A model generated the notes under the pieces. That model ran no database searches. It had not been told where the DNA came from and saw only the letters and a list, made by a program, of their open reading frames with translations. Both the position numbers and the translations under genes were made by a program. Source: Raillietiella orientalis (Eukaryota). From it: a stretch of DNA of 64,000 nucleotides. This document shows, piece by piece, positions 10,430 through 22,075 of this stretch. Where the stretch lies: contig JAYWIR010000108.1 of the NCBI GenBank assembly GCA_036172245.1, positions 62,001-126,000 of the forward strand. The letters run 5' to 3'. The first letter of the stretch is position 1. The number at the start of each line of letters is the position of its first letter.

Positions 10430-13400
10430 TCACAGTCTGCTGGGAGGGTCCGTCATCCTCTGGAGGATGCCGGCAAGCTGTTTCTGCTTGTGTGGTTCCA
10501 GATGGGGCCAACGCGTCGCCATCCTGAGGAAACGGGCAGCATACACGTTGGCATCCGTGTCGCTGGATCCTCCCGACGCTTTGGTCCATGCCACGACGAT
10601 CCCGCGTAGGCAGCACAGGGCTGCAAGCGAGGCCGCTGGAGGCAGGGCGTCACGGACGAAGAGGAAGCGCAAAGCGTCTCTGGAATTGCCTTCGGGGATC
10701 CCCAGGGCTGCGGCAAAGCGTTCCCACAAGGGACGGAGGGCAACACAATCCACTAACAGGTGGGGTAGGTATTCCCTCTCCCCGCACCTGACACAATTAG
10801 GGTTGACACCCCCCCGCGTCCAGTGGTGTCGGCGGGCTTTGCAAGGAAGCCCCCAATGCAACACCATCAGTGCCGACTGTTGCCACTTCATGGGGAGGGT
10901 GCGCGATTCCATGAGCACCGGAGGCCACTCGAGATGTTCCTCTGGAACATCCAGTAGCTCTCCCCAGCGCAAAAGTCCATTTGGGTTGGTCCTCGGGGTC
11001 GCAGCGTAGGTGAGCTGACCCGTTCTCCAATCCCCGATCTTCTTTGCCCTGCTGGCGATCTTCAGAGTTACCTCCCATTGTGCCGCGACGTCGCTGCCCA
11101 GATGTTCCCGTAGGTTAGGCAGTACCGCAGCAAGGAAGGTTCTTTGTGCCCACACTCTCCTTCGGGGATTCTCGATGATTTCTCGGAGCGTGCGGCGGGC
11201 ATGCGGCCCGAACAGAGCTATTCCCTCGTGTTGCGGGCTCTGCTCCTGAATCATCGCCCACGTGCGGACGGTTTCCTGCAACCAGCCAGGACCGTTCGCG
11301 GGGCGTACGCGGATCCGCGCCGAGTTGTTCTTCACGAGCTTGGCCGCCCTCCGAAGTTGAAGTCCGCAGTGGCAGATGGGGCTTCGGAGTGCAAAGTAGG
11401 ACGAGAGTCCCGCATTGCCGGTGGCCCGCTCGACGAGGAGACGTGCAGGGAGGCACCAAGGGGTGCACCAATTTCCTGCCATAAAGTCAACAACTCGAAA
11501 CTGGAGCTGTAGCTCCAGCCGCTCCAACGTCAGGAGGCCCAGACCACCATTCCGACGAGGAGCGCACAAGTCCGAAAGACAAACTCGGGGCCTCCCTCTG
11601 CCCCAAAGGGCGATCCTCAGGAGGTCCTTCGTCCTCTTCTTTGACTCCGCTGAGGGGGGGCAAACAAAAAGCAAGGGGCGAAGGAGGGGGGCCGCAAACG
11701 CGTTCCAGGCCGCGGCCCGTTCCTGCAGGTAGAACCTGCCATCCTGGAACAGGCCGATCGCCGCCTGAGCCTTCTGAAGGCAGCCAGACCACGCTTCCGC
11801 AGGGGAGTAATCCCCCAACGGCACACCAAGGTACTTTAAGTACCTCACCGTGGGGATCCTCAAACGGACCCAGTCCTGCTGCCCTGCCCACGCCGCTCCG
11901 ACTGGCATTACGGACGACTTCGCCCTGTTCACCGTCAGTCCTGTTCCACGACTCAGCAGGTCGAAGAAGTCCTCGACCGCCCAGGCCGGGGTGGACATAG
12001 GCAGCAGCAGCAGAAGATCGCCGCGTACGCCGAAGCCGCAGGCGTACCGGGGCAATCGCACGGCAGGTGCGCAAGAGACTCCCTGTACGCTCTCAGCACC
12101 AATTCGAAAAAGGCGCTAAAGAGCAGGGGGCTCAGGCTGTCTCCCTGCCGTATGCCGCGTCGCACCGGTACTCCGCGCACGGTTTGCCCGCTGAAAAGAA
12201 CATTAGTGAGCGCGTCGCGCCAGCTGGAGCGCAGGTAGGCCAACAAAGAGGCCGGGAAGCCCAAGCGTTCCGGGAGCTCCAGCAGGAGATTCTGGTCGAC
12301 GCTGTCGAATGCTTTACGCAAGTCGACAGCGACCGCAAGGGCTCCCTTCCCCACCCAACCGTTCCGTCTCCCGCCAACGGACGCACCGGAATTCCGGCTG
12401 CTCAATAAGCCCCTTCCTTGTTGGAGCTCTAACCATGTGGAAGCGTGGAACAGGGTCGCCTCCATGCTCCGCCCGGGAACAGCATAAGTCTGTTCCGGGC
12501 TGATGAAGATGTTGGCGACCCGTCCCAGGCGCTCTGCCCACATCTTGGCTATCAACTTGGCGTCCGCATTCACTATTGTGATGGGACGCCAGTTGTTCAT
12601 GCTCCTTAGGTCTCCTCCGTTCGGGAGGAGCCGCACCTTTGCTGAACGAAACGAGGTGGGAACGTCACCTGTTTCACGGATCAGCAAGGTGAGCTGATGT
12701 ACCAGGGGAGTAAGCTCAGCCGCGAAAGTTTGGTAATACTCCGCGGGCAGGCCGTCCTCCCCTGGAGCCTTCCGCCTCTTGAGCTTTCCGATGGCCGAGA
12801 GGATCTCGTCCATCGTGAAAGGCTCGTCGAGGCTTCTTTTCTCCTCCTCCCCGATCGCTGGAGCACCTTCCGGAAGCAGAAGTCGTGAGACGTCTCGCTC
12901 CGAAGGCGCCCTGGCTTACAGGGAGGAGTAAAATTTCCTTACTATCCCGCGTTTCTGAGCGGGAACCGAGTGCTCCCGGCCCTGGTCGTCCAGCAAGGTG
13001 GCCGATCCGGATTGCCAGGCTTGCCTCTCGGCTCACGCTCGGTACCCTGCTAACCTGCCCATGTCGGGGGTTCTCGCGTAACGTCGGGCCTGAAGATAGC
13101 ACCTTTTGTTACGCGGCCCCTCACCAAAACCCGCAGGTAGGCGATGCAGGGGGAACTGATCGCAGAACTCCTGCACGGACCGCTTCAAGCGGTCCCAGTC
13201 CTGAAGTGTCTGCATCCTGAAGCTCCGAATAAACGCGCGGAGGTGCTCCGCCGCGTCGGGAAACTTCAGCCAGTCCCCTGGAAGACACCACGCTGACGAT
13301 GGGGGGCCCTTGTCGCGCGGACGCACTTCGAACATAATCCGACCATGGTCTGACAGCTCGGATGGTTCCTTGCCGCGCCTGCCCACCCGAGAGCATAGTT

Positions 13401-14007
13401 GCTGATCAAGGTACACGTGATCGATGCTTTCCATGGCCGTGTCCCCGGCCAACAAGTTGCGCGTGTTCATTTCTGCGCACAACTCGTTGACGCGGTCGTT
13501 CAGTGTATCCGGCGCACCTGAAAGCAGGCGCAGGTTGAAATCACCTGCGATCAGGTGCGCTTTGCGAACTCCTGCATCGGTCAGCCAATCGCGTCGCAAG
13601 GCAAGGTAGAATTCCCTTCTTGCCTTCGCCTTCAACCCCTTATTTCCGCTAGGAGCGTATAGGTTGGTGACGACCAGGTCGATAGAGTCGGACCAGCTGA
13701 GAGTCAGCTGACCGACGCGACCTGCGTCATCGATCCGAACGTCCTTTATTGCGGCGTCGATGGCTGGCCGAAGCAGGAAGGCGACACCGCTTGATTTCGC
13801 GGTGCCGCAACGCCACAACAGCCGCCCACCCAAGATACGTTCGATCTCCCGGACTTGATCTGCGGAGATCACGTGGATCTCCTGCAGCAGCACCAGGTCG
13901 GAGGATGCCAGGGTGGCGGCCACGTCACGCCTCTTGCCGTCGTCGCTTAGCCCGTTCACGTTCCAACAGGCGATCAGAAGACGACGCCGAGAGGCGATTC
14001 CCGGCAT
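10430..14007 (-). pseudogene. ORF2 APE-RT-Zn finger, disrupted
   Basis: Collinear ORFs 13033-14007, 11953-12813 and 10430-12061; YADD lost by a 1-nt deletion. Confidence 0.92.
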
Positions 14008-15664
14008 TATGGCTGGGAAAGTGGCGTCGCGGCACCTGCCGCGGGGCAGGTGTACGAAAGGTCCATCGGTACGAGGACCATCGGAACGAGGACGGAGGCC
14101 TCTTCAGGCGCCTGGGGTACCTGTTCGGCGTCCATCCTCACCATCCCCTCCGTTTCCGCGCGTGGGAGTCTCTCGGGCGACGGGTCCCGGGAGTTTCCCA
14201 CGCTCATGGCACCCTCGTTACCGGAAGCCATCTCTTCCCCTTCGTCGGGGGAGACGATCTTCCGGGGCATTGTGGACTTTCGTCCTGATTTTTTGCTGGG
14301 TGCCGCGGAGATGGATGCTGTGTTTCCGGCCTTCACCTCGGGGTCGGAAGTGGCCGACTCCTGAGGGGAAGCCTGACGCCTGTCGGCCTTCTTGCCAGCC
14401 TTGGGGCAACCGGCTGCAACGAGGCAGCCAACTCCTCCGCAGCGCGCTCGAAGGCGACGTCATCGAACATGGGCTCGATGACGGACGCCGCCGCCTCGCT
14501 CCCCTCCTTGTTGACTTTGTCAACGGAGGGTTGAGCAGGGGCAGCGGCGAGTTCTTTAGCGCCGCATTCGCCGATGGCGGGAATCCGCTCTACAACGACG
14601 TAGCAGCTTTTAATTTTATCGCGGCGCAGAGCGGTTTCACTACGTTTCGCCACGTTCTTTCCCTTCTTATGGAAGTTTTCCTTGGGGTCGACCTTCTGCC
14701 ACCTTGGCTCTTGACCCTCGCCCTCGACCTTTTCGGCGTTTTTCGCCGAAGTCTCATGGCTAACCTTCGCCTTGGTGGCGGAGGTGACCTCCTTAGCAGC
14801 AGCAGGAGCTGCCAGCTTCTTTCTCTTTTTTGCCGCGCGCTTTCTCGCGTTTTTCGCGGACACGACGCGGACTGTGTTTTGAGGGCACACCAGACGGATG
14901 TGCCCCGCTTGTTCGCATTGCTGGCACTGCACGCTCGGACACCTCATTTTAAAGTGACCAAAGCTGCTGCAGCAGCCGCAAAACTTGGGTTTCCCCACGT
15001 ACCACACGTCAACGGATTCACCGTTGACGGTGAGTTTGTAAGGAATCTCACATCCCAAGCGAACCGTCATTCGCGCTGCACCCAGGCCGCCAAGCAACCC
15101 GTCGTAATCGACAAAAGAAGTTGGCTTGCCCCACAGCGCGTGGACAGTTGCGAATTTTTCCAATTTGTTCCGGACGGCCTCCTTCGTCATCCGGAACGTG
15201 ATACCGGTCAGGTGAATGATCACCGACCGGTCTTCTGTTATTGGGAGAAGCCTCCGGCTGCCCATACTTACGGGGGTTCGCAGAAGTCTCTGCGCAAGAG
15301 TTGCCTCCTTGCAGATAACTTCCACAAATTGACCCCCGCTTCTGACGGACATAGCCAGAAGCTCCTCTTTCTGTACGCCGAGAACGCGCATCGCCTGTGA
15401 GAAGGCGCGCGCGTTCTCGGGAGAATATAGACCGCCTACCTTATATAGAAGGGGTGGGTTATACCCCTCCTCCAGGTAAGCGCTCATTTCCGCCATAGCC
15501 GCTGGCGTAGATGCCGCAGCCACGGCGTTCCAAGCCCTGGGTAGGGCCGGGGGCGCATCCATGCTGGCGGGAGCCTCCACTGATGCGGGAGCTCCCACCT
15601 CCATCTGCTCCGGGGGCAATGAGGTCATCGACCCCGGATCCTCACCGGTGGTGGTATCAGGCAT
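14007..15664 (-). pseudogene. ORF1 gag-like protein (frameshift near 14370)
   Basis: CGCCSSFGHFKMRC, CQQCEQAGHIRLVC; stop overlaps the ORF2 ATG. Confidence 0.85.
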
Positions 15665-15747
15665 TTCTGCCTAATCCTCCACCCACACCACGCAAAAGCA
15701 CCAACGGAAATAAAACTCAGGAGCAACGAAAAGACACGTCCGCTTGA

Positions 15748-18700
15748 CGCTCCGGAATCTCCAGGACTGGGACCTATTTAAGGAATCGGTCCGCGAGTTC
15801 TGTGAGCAGTTCCCCCTGGATCGCCTGCCCCCCGGATTCGGCGAGAATGCTCGCAACCATCGGGCCTATTTACAGGCTCGTAGGTACGAGAGAACCCCTA
15901 ATGTCCGTCGCCTGGCCGAGTACCGCGCCGGGGCCGAACGCCAAGCCTGGCAATCCGGGTCGGCCAGCTTGCTGGATGACCAGGGCCGGGAATGTTCGTC
16001 CCCGGCGTCGGTACGGCAACTCGTGCGGAGTTTCTATTCCTTTCTTTACGCCAGGGAGCCCCCGGATCGAGACGCCTCTCGGCGCTTGTTTCCGGATGGC
16101 GCCCCGGCAATAGGGGAGGAGGAGATGGAAAGCCTCGACGAGCCTTTTACCACCGGCGAAATTCTCGCCGTATCAAAAGGCTCAAGAGGCGGAAAGCTCC
16201 AGGGGAAGACGGCTTACCCGCGGAGTTCTTTCAGAGCTTCGAGGAAGAGCTGGCAGCCCTGCTGCTTAAGTTGATCAAGCTGATCCGAGACGAAGGCGAT
16301 GTTCCCGCCTCGTTTCGGTAAGCCAGAGTGAGGCTCCTGCCGAAAGGGGGAGACCTCAGGGATTTAAAGAACTGGCGTCCGATCACGATCGTGAATACGG
16401 ACGCCAAGTTGATCGCAGGGCTATGGGCTTCGCGTCTGGGGAAGGTGGCAGAATCCGTAATTAGCCCGGAGCAGACTTATGCTGTTCGCGGGCGAAGTAT
16501 GGATGCCAACCTCTTCTTCACAAGCACATGGGTGCATCTGCAGCGAAGAGAGAAGAAAGGGATAGGGAAAGTCGGCAACCCCACATTGGGGCCGCCAGCC
16601 GGGCTGGGAAGGGACCCCCGTGCGGGGAAGGGGGCCCTAGCGCTCGCAGTCGATCTCCACAAGGCGTTCGACTGTGTAGACCAGGAACTTCTCTTGAAGC
16701 TCCTGGGTCGCATGGGTTTTCCACCCTCCCTGATTTCCTACCTGCGCTCTTACTGGCGGAATGCGATAATTACCGTCTCTTTCGGCGGTCAAAAGGTGTA
16801 TGGCGTGCCGGTGCGGCGGGGCATAAGGCAGGGAGATAGCCTCAGCCCCCTGCTCTTCAGCACCTACTTTGAGTTGGTGCTGAGAGCGTACAGGGTGACT
16901 TTGGCCCCATTGCCGAGCTCGTGCCCCGGCACGCCCGCCGTAGTAGCGTACGCCGACGATCTTCTGCTTTTGTTGCTAATGTCCACCCCGGCAAAGGCTG
17001 TCGGAGATTTCTTCGATCTGCTCAGCCGCGGAACCGGACTGCAGGTTAACCGGGCGAAGTCGTCGCTTGTGCCAATAGGCGCGGCGTGGCCAGGGCAGCA
17101 GGACTGGGTCCGTCTGGGGATCCCCACGGCGAGGTGCTTCAAGTACCTTGGTGTGCCGTCGGGGGACTACTCCCCTGCGGAAGCATGGTCCAGCTGCCTC
17201 CAAAAAGTCGAGACGGCGATCGGACCGTTCCTGTAAGGCAAGTTTCACTTGCCGGAACGGGCCGCGGTTTGGAACGCCTTCGCGGCCCCCGTCCTCCGCC
17301 CCTTGCTTTTTGTTTGCCCCCCCACCGTGGAATCTAAGAAGAGGACGAAGGACCTCCTCCGTATCGCACTTTGGGGCAAGGGGAGGCCCCGAGTCCCACT
17401 AAAGGACTTGTGCGCTCGGCGTCGGGACGGCGGTCTTGGCCTCCTGACGCTGGAGCGCGTGGAGAAGCAGCTGCGGTGGCGAACCCTCGCCATCGCAGCG
17501 AAGATGTGGAGCACCCCTTGGTGCACTCCGGCCCGCCTCCTGGCCAGCCGTGTGTCCCGGTGCGATGGACTCGCGTCTTTTCTTCTGAGCCGTGGCCGGA
17601 AGATGCGAAGATGCGGCCTACTCCTCGGGCGCATGGCAACATTGGCCAAGCAGAACAGCTGGATGGTTTGCTGCCCCGCCAACTCCCCCGCCTGGCTGGA
17701 GGAGAATATTGGAACGTGGGCAGTAGTTAACCAGAGAAGCCACGAGACGTGGAATCGTCTCCGATGCAGCCTCTACGCCCGCTGCACGCTGCGGAATCTC
17801 CTGGAGAGTCCAGCAAGATGCACGTGGGCAGAGACGACCTGTCTAGCTACGGCGCTGCCCTTCCTGAAGAGGGCACTTCACAGCAGCCGGACGCCAAGGT
17901 GGCAAGTCTCCTGCTGCTTCGGGGGACGCGAAAAGTTGATCAGCCGCTGGACAACAGGAGAACTGGCTGACGCCACGACCCCGAGCGTCCAGCCGCGAGG
18001 ATTATTAAGATGGGGCGAGCTGCTCGCCATCCCCAGGGATGAGCTGAAGTGGCCCCCGGTGATGAAGGAATCCAGGATCCTGCCCCTCAAGTGGTAAGAT
18101 TCGGCGTTGCTTTTGTTGCATTGGGGTCTACCCTGCAACGCGCGCCGCTTCCACTGGACGAGGGGAGCTGTGGATCCTGCGTGTGCCAGGTGCGGGGAGC
18201 GGGAGTCGCTTCCCCACCTTATTGTGGATTGTGCTGCCCTCCGACCCCTTTGGGGACGGTTCGCGACGACCCTCGGGCTCCCTACTTGCAGCACCCCCAG
18301 AGACGTTCTTCGGCCCCTCTTCGTGAAGGACGCACTGCAGCCAGCCGCTGCCATCGCAGCATTGTGCTGCGTCCGTGGCATCGTGGGGGCATGGAGCGAC
18401 GCCAACAACGAAGGAGTGGGTGCACAGGCGAGGGATGTCATCTTGTATGCCAAACGCTTCTTGCGAAGAGCTGCCGGAAGGGTCCAGCTGGGGAATATGC
18501 AGACTGACCTCGAGGGCTTAGTTCGACGAATGGGGCCTCCCCGAAGCGACCAGTGATCCCTTCCCTGCCCTCCAACTTCTTTTTGTTTGTTTCTTTTTAT
18601 TTTACGTTTTGTCTAATCCCCATTCCCCTTCGCTGTCGGGGAGTGCCACGCCGGGCTGCGTCCCGGTGTCCCGACAGGTCCTGTGTTTACGGCCGTGGTG

Positions 18701-18761
18701 GGGCCTTGTACCACGCATGTGAAGTTTATTAATAAACGTTCCGGGCGTACCCGGGTGATAA
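15748..18761 (+). mobile_element. Subfamily B1, linker-RT-Zn finger-3' UTR
   Basis: ORFs 16328-17236 (YADD), 17249-18097, 18107-18556; 3' end AATAAA..CCGGGCGTACCCGGGTGATAA. Confidence 0.92.
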
Positions 18762-19511
18762 CGCCGAAACCTGGAGGGAGACGGTTCAGGGGAAACTGGT
18801 CGCAGAACTCGCTGACTGAGCTCTTCATGTCGTCCCAGTCCGCGAGCGACTGCAGATGGAAGCCTTGTAGGAACGAGCGAAGATGTTGCGCTGCTCCTGC
18901 GAGGCGCAACCAGTTCCCTGGCAAACGCCACGCTGTGGAGGGTGGACCTCTACCGCGCGGGTGTATTTATAGCGCGAGCCGGGGATGGTCGGAAAGTTCG
19001 GATGGCACTGCCCCTCGATTTTCCACCCGCGAACACAGATGGTTGTCGAGGAACATGTGGTCGATCCTCGTCTCCGTCCCGGCGTCACCAGCCAACAAGT
19101 TGCGCGCGTGCATGGCAGCGCACATATCTTTGGCCAGCTGTGCGCGAATGTCGGGCGCACCTGCCAGCAGGCGGACGTTAAAGTCCCCGGCAATGAGGTG
19201 CGCCTTTCGTATGTCTGCTTCGGCCAGCCAATCTCGCCGCAGGCCTTCGAAGAACGCAGTGCGTTCCCCGCGCCTGTGGCTCCTGCCGGGCGCGTACACG
19301 TTGGTCACGACGAGGTCGATCGCGTCGGACCACTTGGCAACAAGCTGCCCGATTTGACCTTCCCCGTCGAAGTGCACGTCGCGCAGCGCATTAACGACGG
19401 CTGGCTGCAGCATGAAAGCCACACCGCGGGTGCGGTCTCTCCCGTTGTGGTATACGAGCCGCCCGCCTGAGATCCGTTCGATTTCCTGGGCCTCCCCTGC
19501 GTGGAGCACGT
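18762..19511 (-). mobile_element. APE fragment (possibly the 5'-truncated end of the A element at 1364-3036)
   Basis: NVYAP, AGDFN, IDH, SDH; ends at PPGFG. Confidence 0.85.
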
Positions 19512-22075
19512 GCGTCCGCCGTGCACCGCGCAGTCAAGCGCTACTACTCCTCGTTGTACGAGGAGGGGCCTACGAAACGCAGTCTCTCTGAGCTGCTTCT
19601 TCCGACGGGTAACCCTGCTATCGATGAGGAGGAACGTTCTAGTTTGGATTGGTCCTTCACGGCGGAACAAGTATCTTTCGTTTTCGCGGACCTGAAAAGG
19701 CGTAAGGCGCATAGCAAGGATGGCCTGTCCGCGGAGTTTTTTCATTGCTTCGCTGTGGAGCTCGTCCTTCGGGTGCGAAGGCTCTCCTCGCTGAAGAGTA
19801 AGACGGGAGATGTTAACGCTTCTTTCCGCTCAGCAAAGGTGCATGTATTCCTGAAAGGCGAAGATTTGCGCCACCTCAGCAGCTTGAGTCCGATCACCTT
19901 GGGGAATTCGGACTTCAAGTTGTTTTGAAGCTATGGGTCGTGCGCCTGGGAAAAATCGCGGACTGCTGAATAAGTACGGAGCAGATGTATGCTGTTCCGG
20001 GGCGACCCATGGACGCGAATCTCCTCTTCGCGCGAACATGTTTCGAGATGCAGCAGCGCGTGGAGCAGCAGAGCCAGGCAGCCAAAATCGCAGCTGCCAA
20101 AGGTAAGCGGCGGTGTTCAAGGCACGATGGAACGCCGGGAGCCTAAGCGCTCGCCGTCGATCTCTGCAAAGCGTTTGACAGAGAAATCCAGGACCTCCTT
20201 CTAGAGCTTCTGGGACGCCTAGGCTTCCCGACGCACCTCATCGCTTACTTGAGCTTCTGTTGGCACCACGCGTTACTGCTGTATCTCCTTCAGCGGGCAC
20301 CACGTGTACGGCATTCCCATACGGCGGGGTATCGAGCAGGGAGACAGCTTAAGCTGCCTGCTCTTCAGCATCTTCTTTGAGTTGGTGCCGAGGTCGTACA
20401 GGATGACGCCGGCCAGCCTGCCTTGCTCCTGCCGGGGAACAATGGCCGTGGCCGCCTATACTGACGACCTTGTCCTGCTGCTGCCCATGTCCTCCCCGCC
20501 GTCCATGATCGAGGACTTCTTCGAGCTCATTCGTCGTGGAGTTGGCCTGAGCGTCAAGAGGACGAAATCAACCGTTGTACCGATTGGCTCTTCTTGGGAG
20601 GGGCAGTCCGACTGGATCCGCTTGGGGATCCCCACGGGCAGGTGCTTGAAGTACCTCGGCGTTTCCTTGGGCGCCTTCTGTCCAGCAGAAGCGTGGTCCG
20701 ACTGCCTTCACAAAGCCCAGACTGCTCTGGGCCCGTTCTAAGGCGGCAGCTTTCACCTCTCGGAACGGGATTACGTGTGGAACATATTTGTTGCCCCCCT
20801 CCTCCGTCCTTTCTTTTTTGTTTGTCCTCCTTTCTACTCGGCTATGCGTCAAGCGCAACGCCTGTTGCGGAACGCCCTGTGGGGACCGGCGAGGTCCAGT
20901 ATCCGCCTTCAAGACTTGGCGCCTCCGCGTTGGGATGCTGGCATGGGCATACTGACGCTGGAGAGAATCGAGCTGCAGGTGCACCTTCGCATGTTAGCCC
21001 TGTGCGCCAACGAACTTTCAATCCTGGTGGGAGGAACCTTTGCATGGCTGGGCAAAGCACCAAAGTGCTATCCTCCGGAACTCCGGTGCGCTTACCTCTC
21101 CCCATACTGCACTTGGATGAGGTGTGCATTGCCAGATTCAGTGGACTCGCCTTTGCCGTCACGCCTCTCTTCGATGCGCTGTCAACCCTCAGAGCAAGAG
21201 ATGACAGCTGCGAACAGGCGAGATGGGAGGTCGCATGCACCATTGCAGGAACAACACGAATCATTGGCGGCTGGATGACTTGCGAGCTCTAAGACGTTGT
21301 CACGCCTCGCTACATCTCGAAAAGACTACTTTAATGGAGTGAACGCTTTAGTGTGCCCTCCAAAGAACTTGTTGTCCCTTCCTCCTGTTTGAACACTTCC
21401 GTGTTCCCCCTTTTGTGGAAGCAGGACGTCATCATGCTGATGCATTGGGGTTTTCTTTCCAACCAGCGGACGACAGCGTTTTCGGGGGAGTTGTCTTCTC
21501 AAACTGTAAACGGTGCGGGTAATTGGAGACGCTGGAGCACCTGCTCCTGGACTGCGGTGTTCTCCTAGTACTGTGTTGGCGGCTGGCCTTAGCTCTCCTG
21601 CACCAGAAGGACACCGCCAGATACTTGAAGCGCCGCTTCTTCACATCAGGCTCCCTGTCTTTAGGTGCTGTCGTTGCAACCTTGTTTTGCACCCGCACCA
21701 TCGACAAGGCCCACCGAGAAGTGGAGAAGCTGGCCGTCCTTCGTCAGCCCACCGGATTAGCCAGCGCAAGCATGTGGTGGGCTGCCGAGTGAACCCATCT
21801 ACCACAGAGCGAAATGAGAGATATCGCCGGTATCCATCGCCGGTTCTAAAAGGAAAAAACGGCCGAACCAAAGGCCTTTGTCCACTGCCCTCCATATTTT
21901 TATTAATATTTTTTATACTGGTGTACTTGTGGTCCCTGCCTCCCGTTTCGGACTTTTGGTATACCGACCTGCGTGCGGGGGATCCTACCCTATTCGTCTT
22001 CTCTGTGTCCTTTGTCCGGGAACATTGTTCCCGGATAGTTTTACAATAAACGCCCCGGCACATTCGGGTGATACA
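19512..22075 (+). mobile_element. Subfamily D, heavily decayed linker-RT-3' UTR
   Basis: QGDSLS, YTDD, KYLG; 3' UTR homologous to 50174-50400 and 38638-38865. Confidence 0.88.

Larger units (their letters stand above)
10217..15747 (-). mobile_element. Subfamily C full-length (~5.5 kb) element with 16-bp TSD
   Basis: 5' motif near 15741, ORF1 15664-14007, ORF2 14007-10430 (several stops/frameshifts), 3' UTR; flanked by CGCTCCGGAATCTCCA. Confidence 0.95.

Noticed and set aside
18630..18716. Calling the 3' UTR structure a known ribozyme or tRNA-derived SINE
   Set aside because: No hammerhead, HDV or tRNA consensus could be matched by eye.
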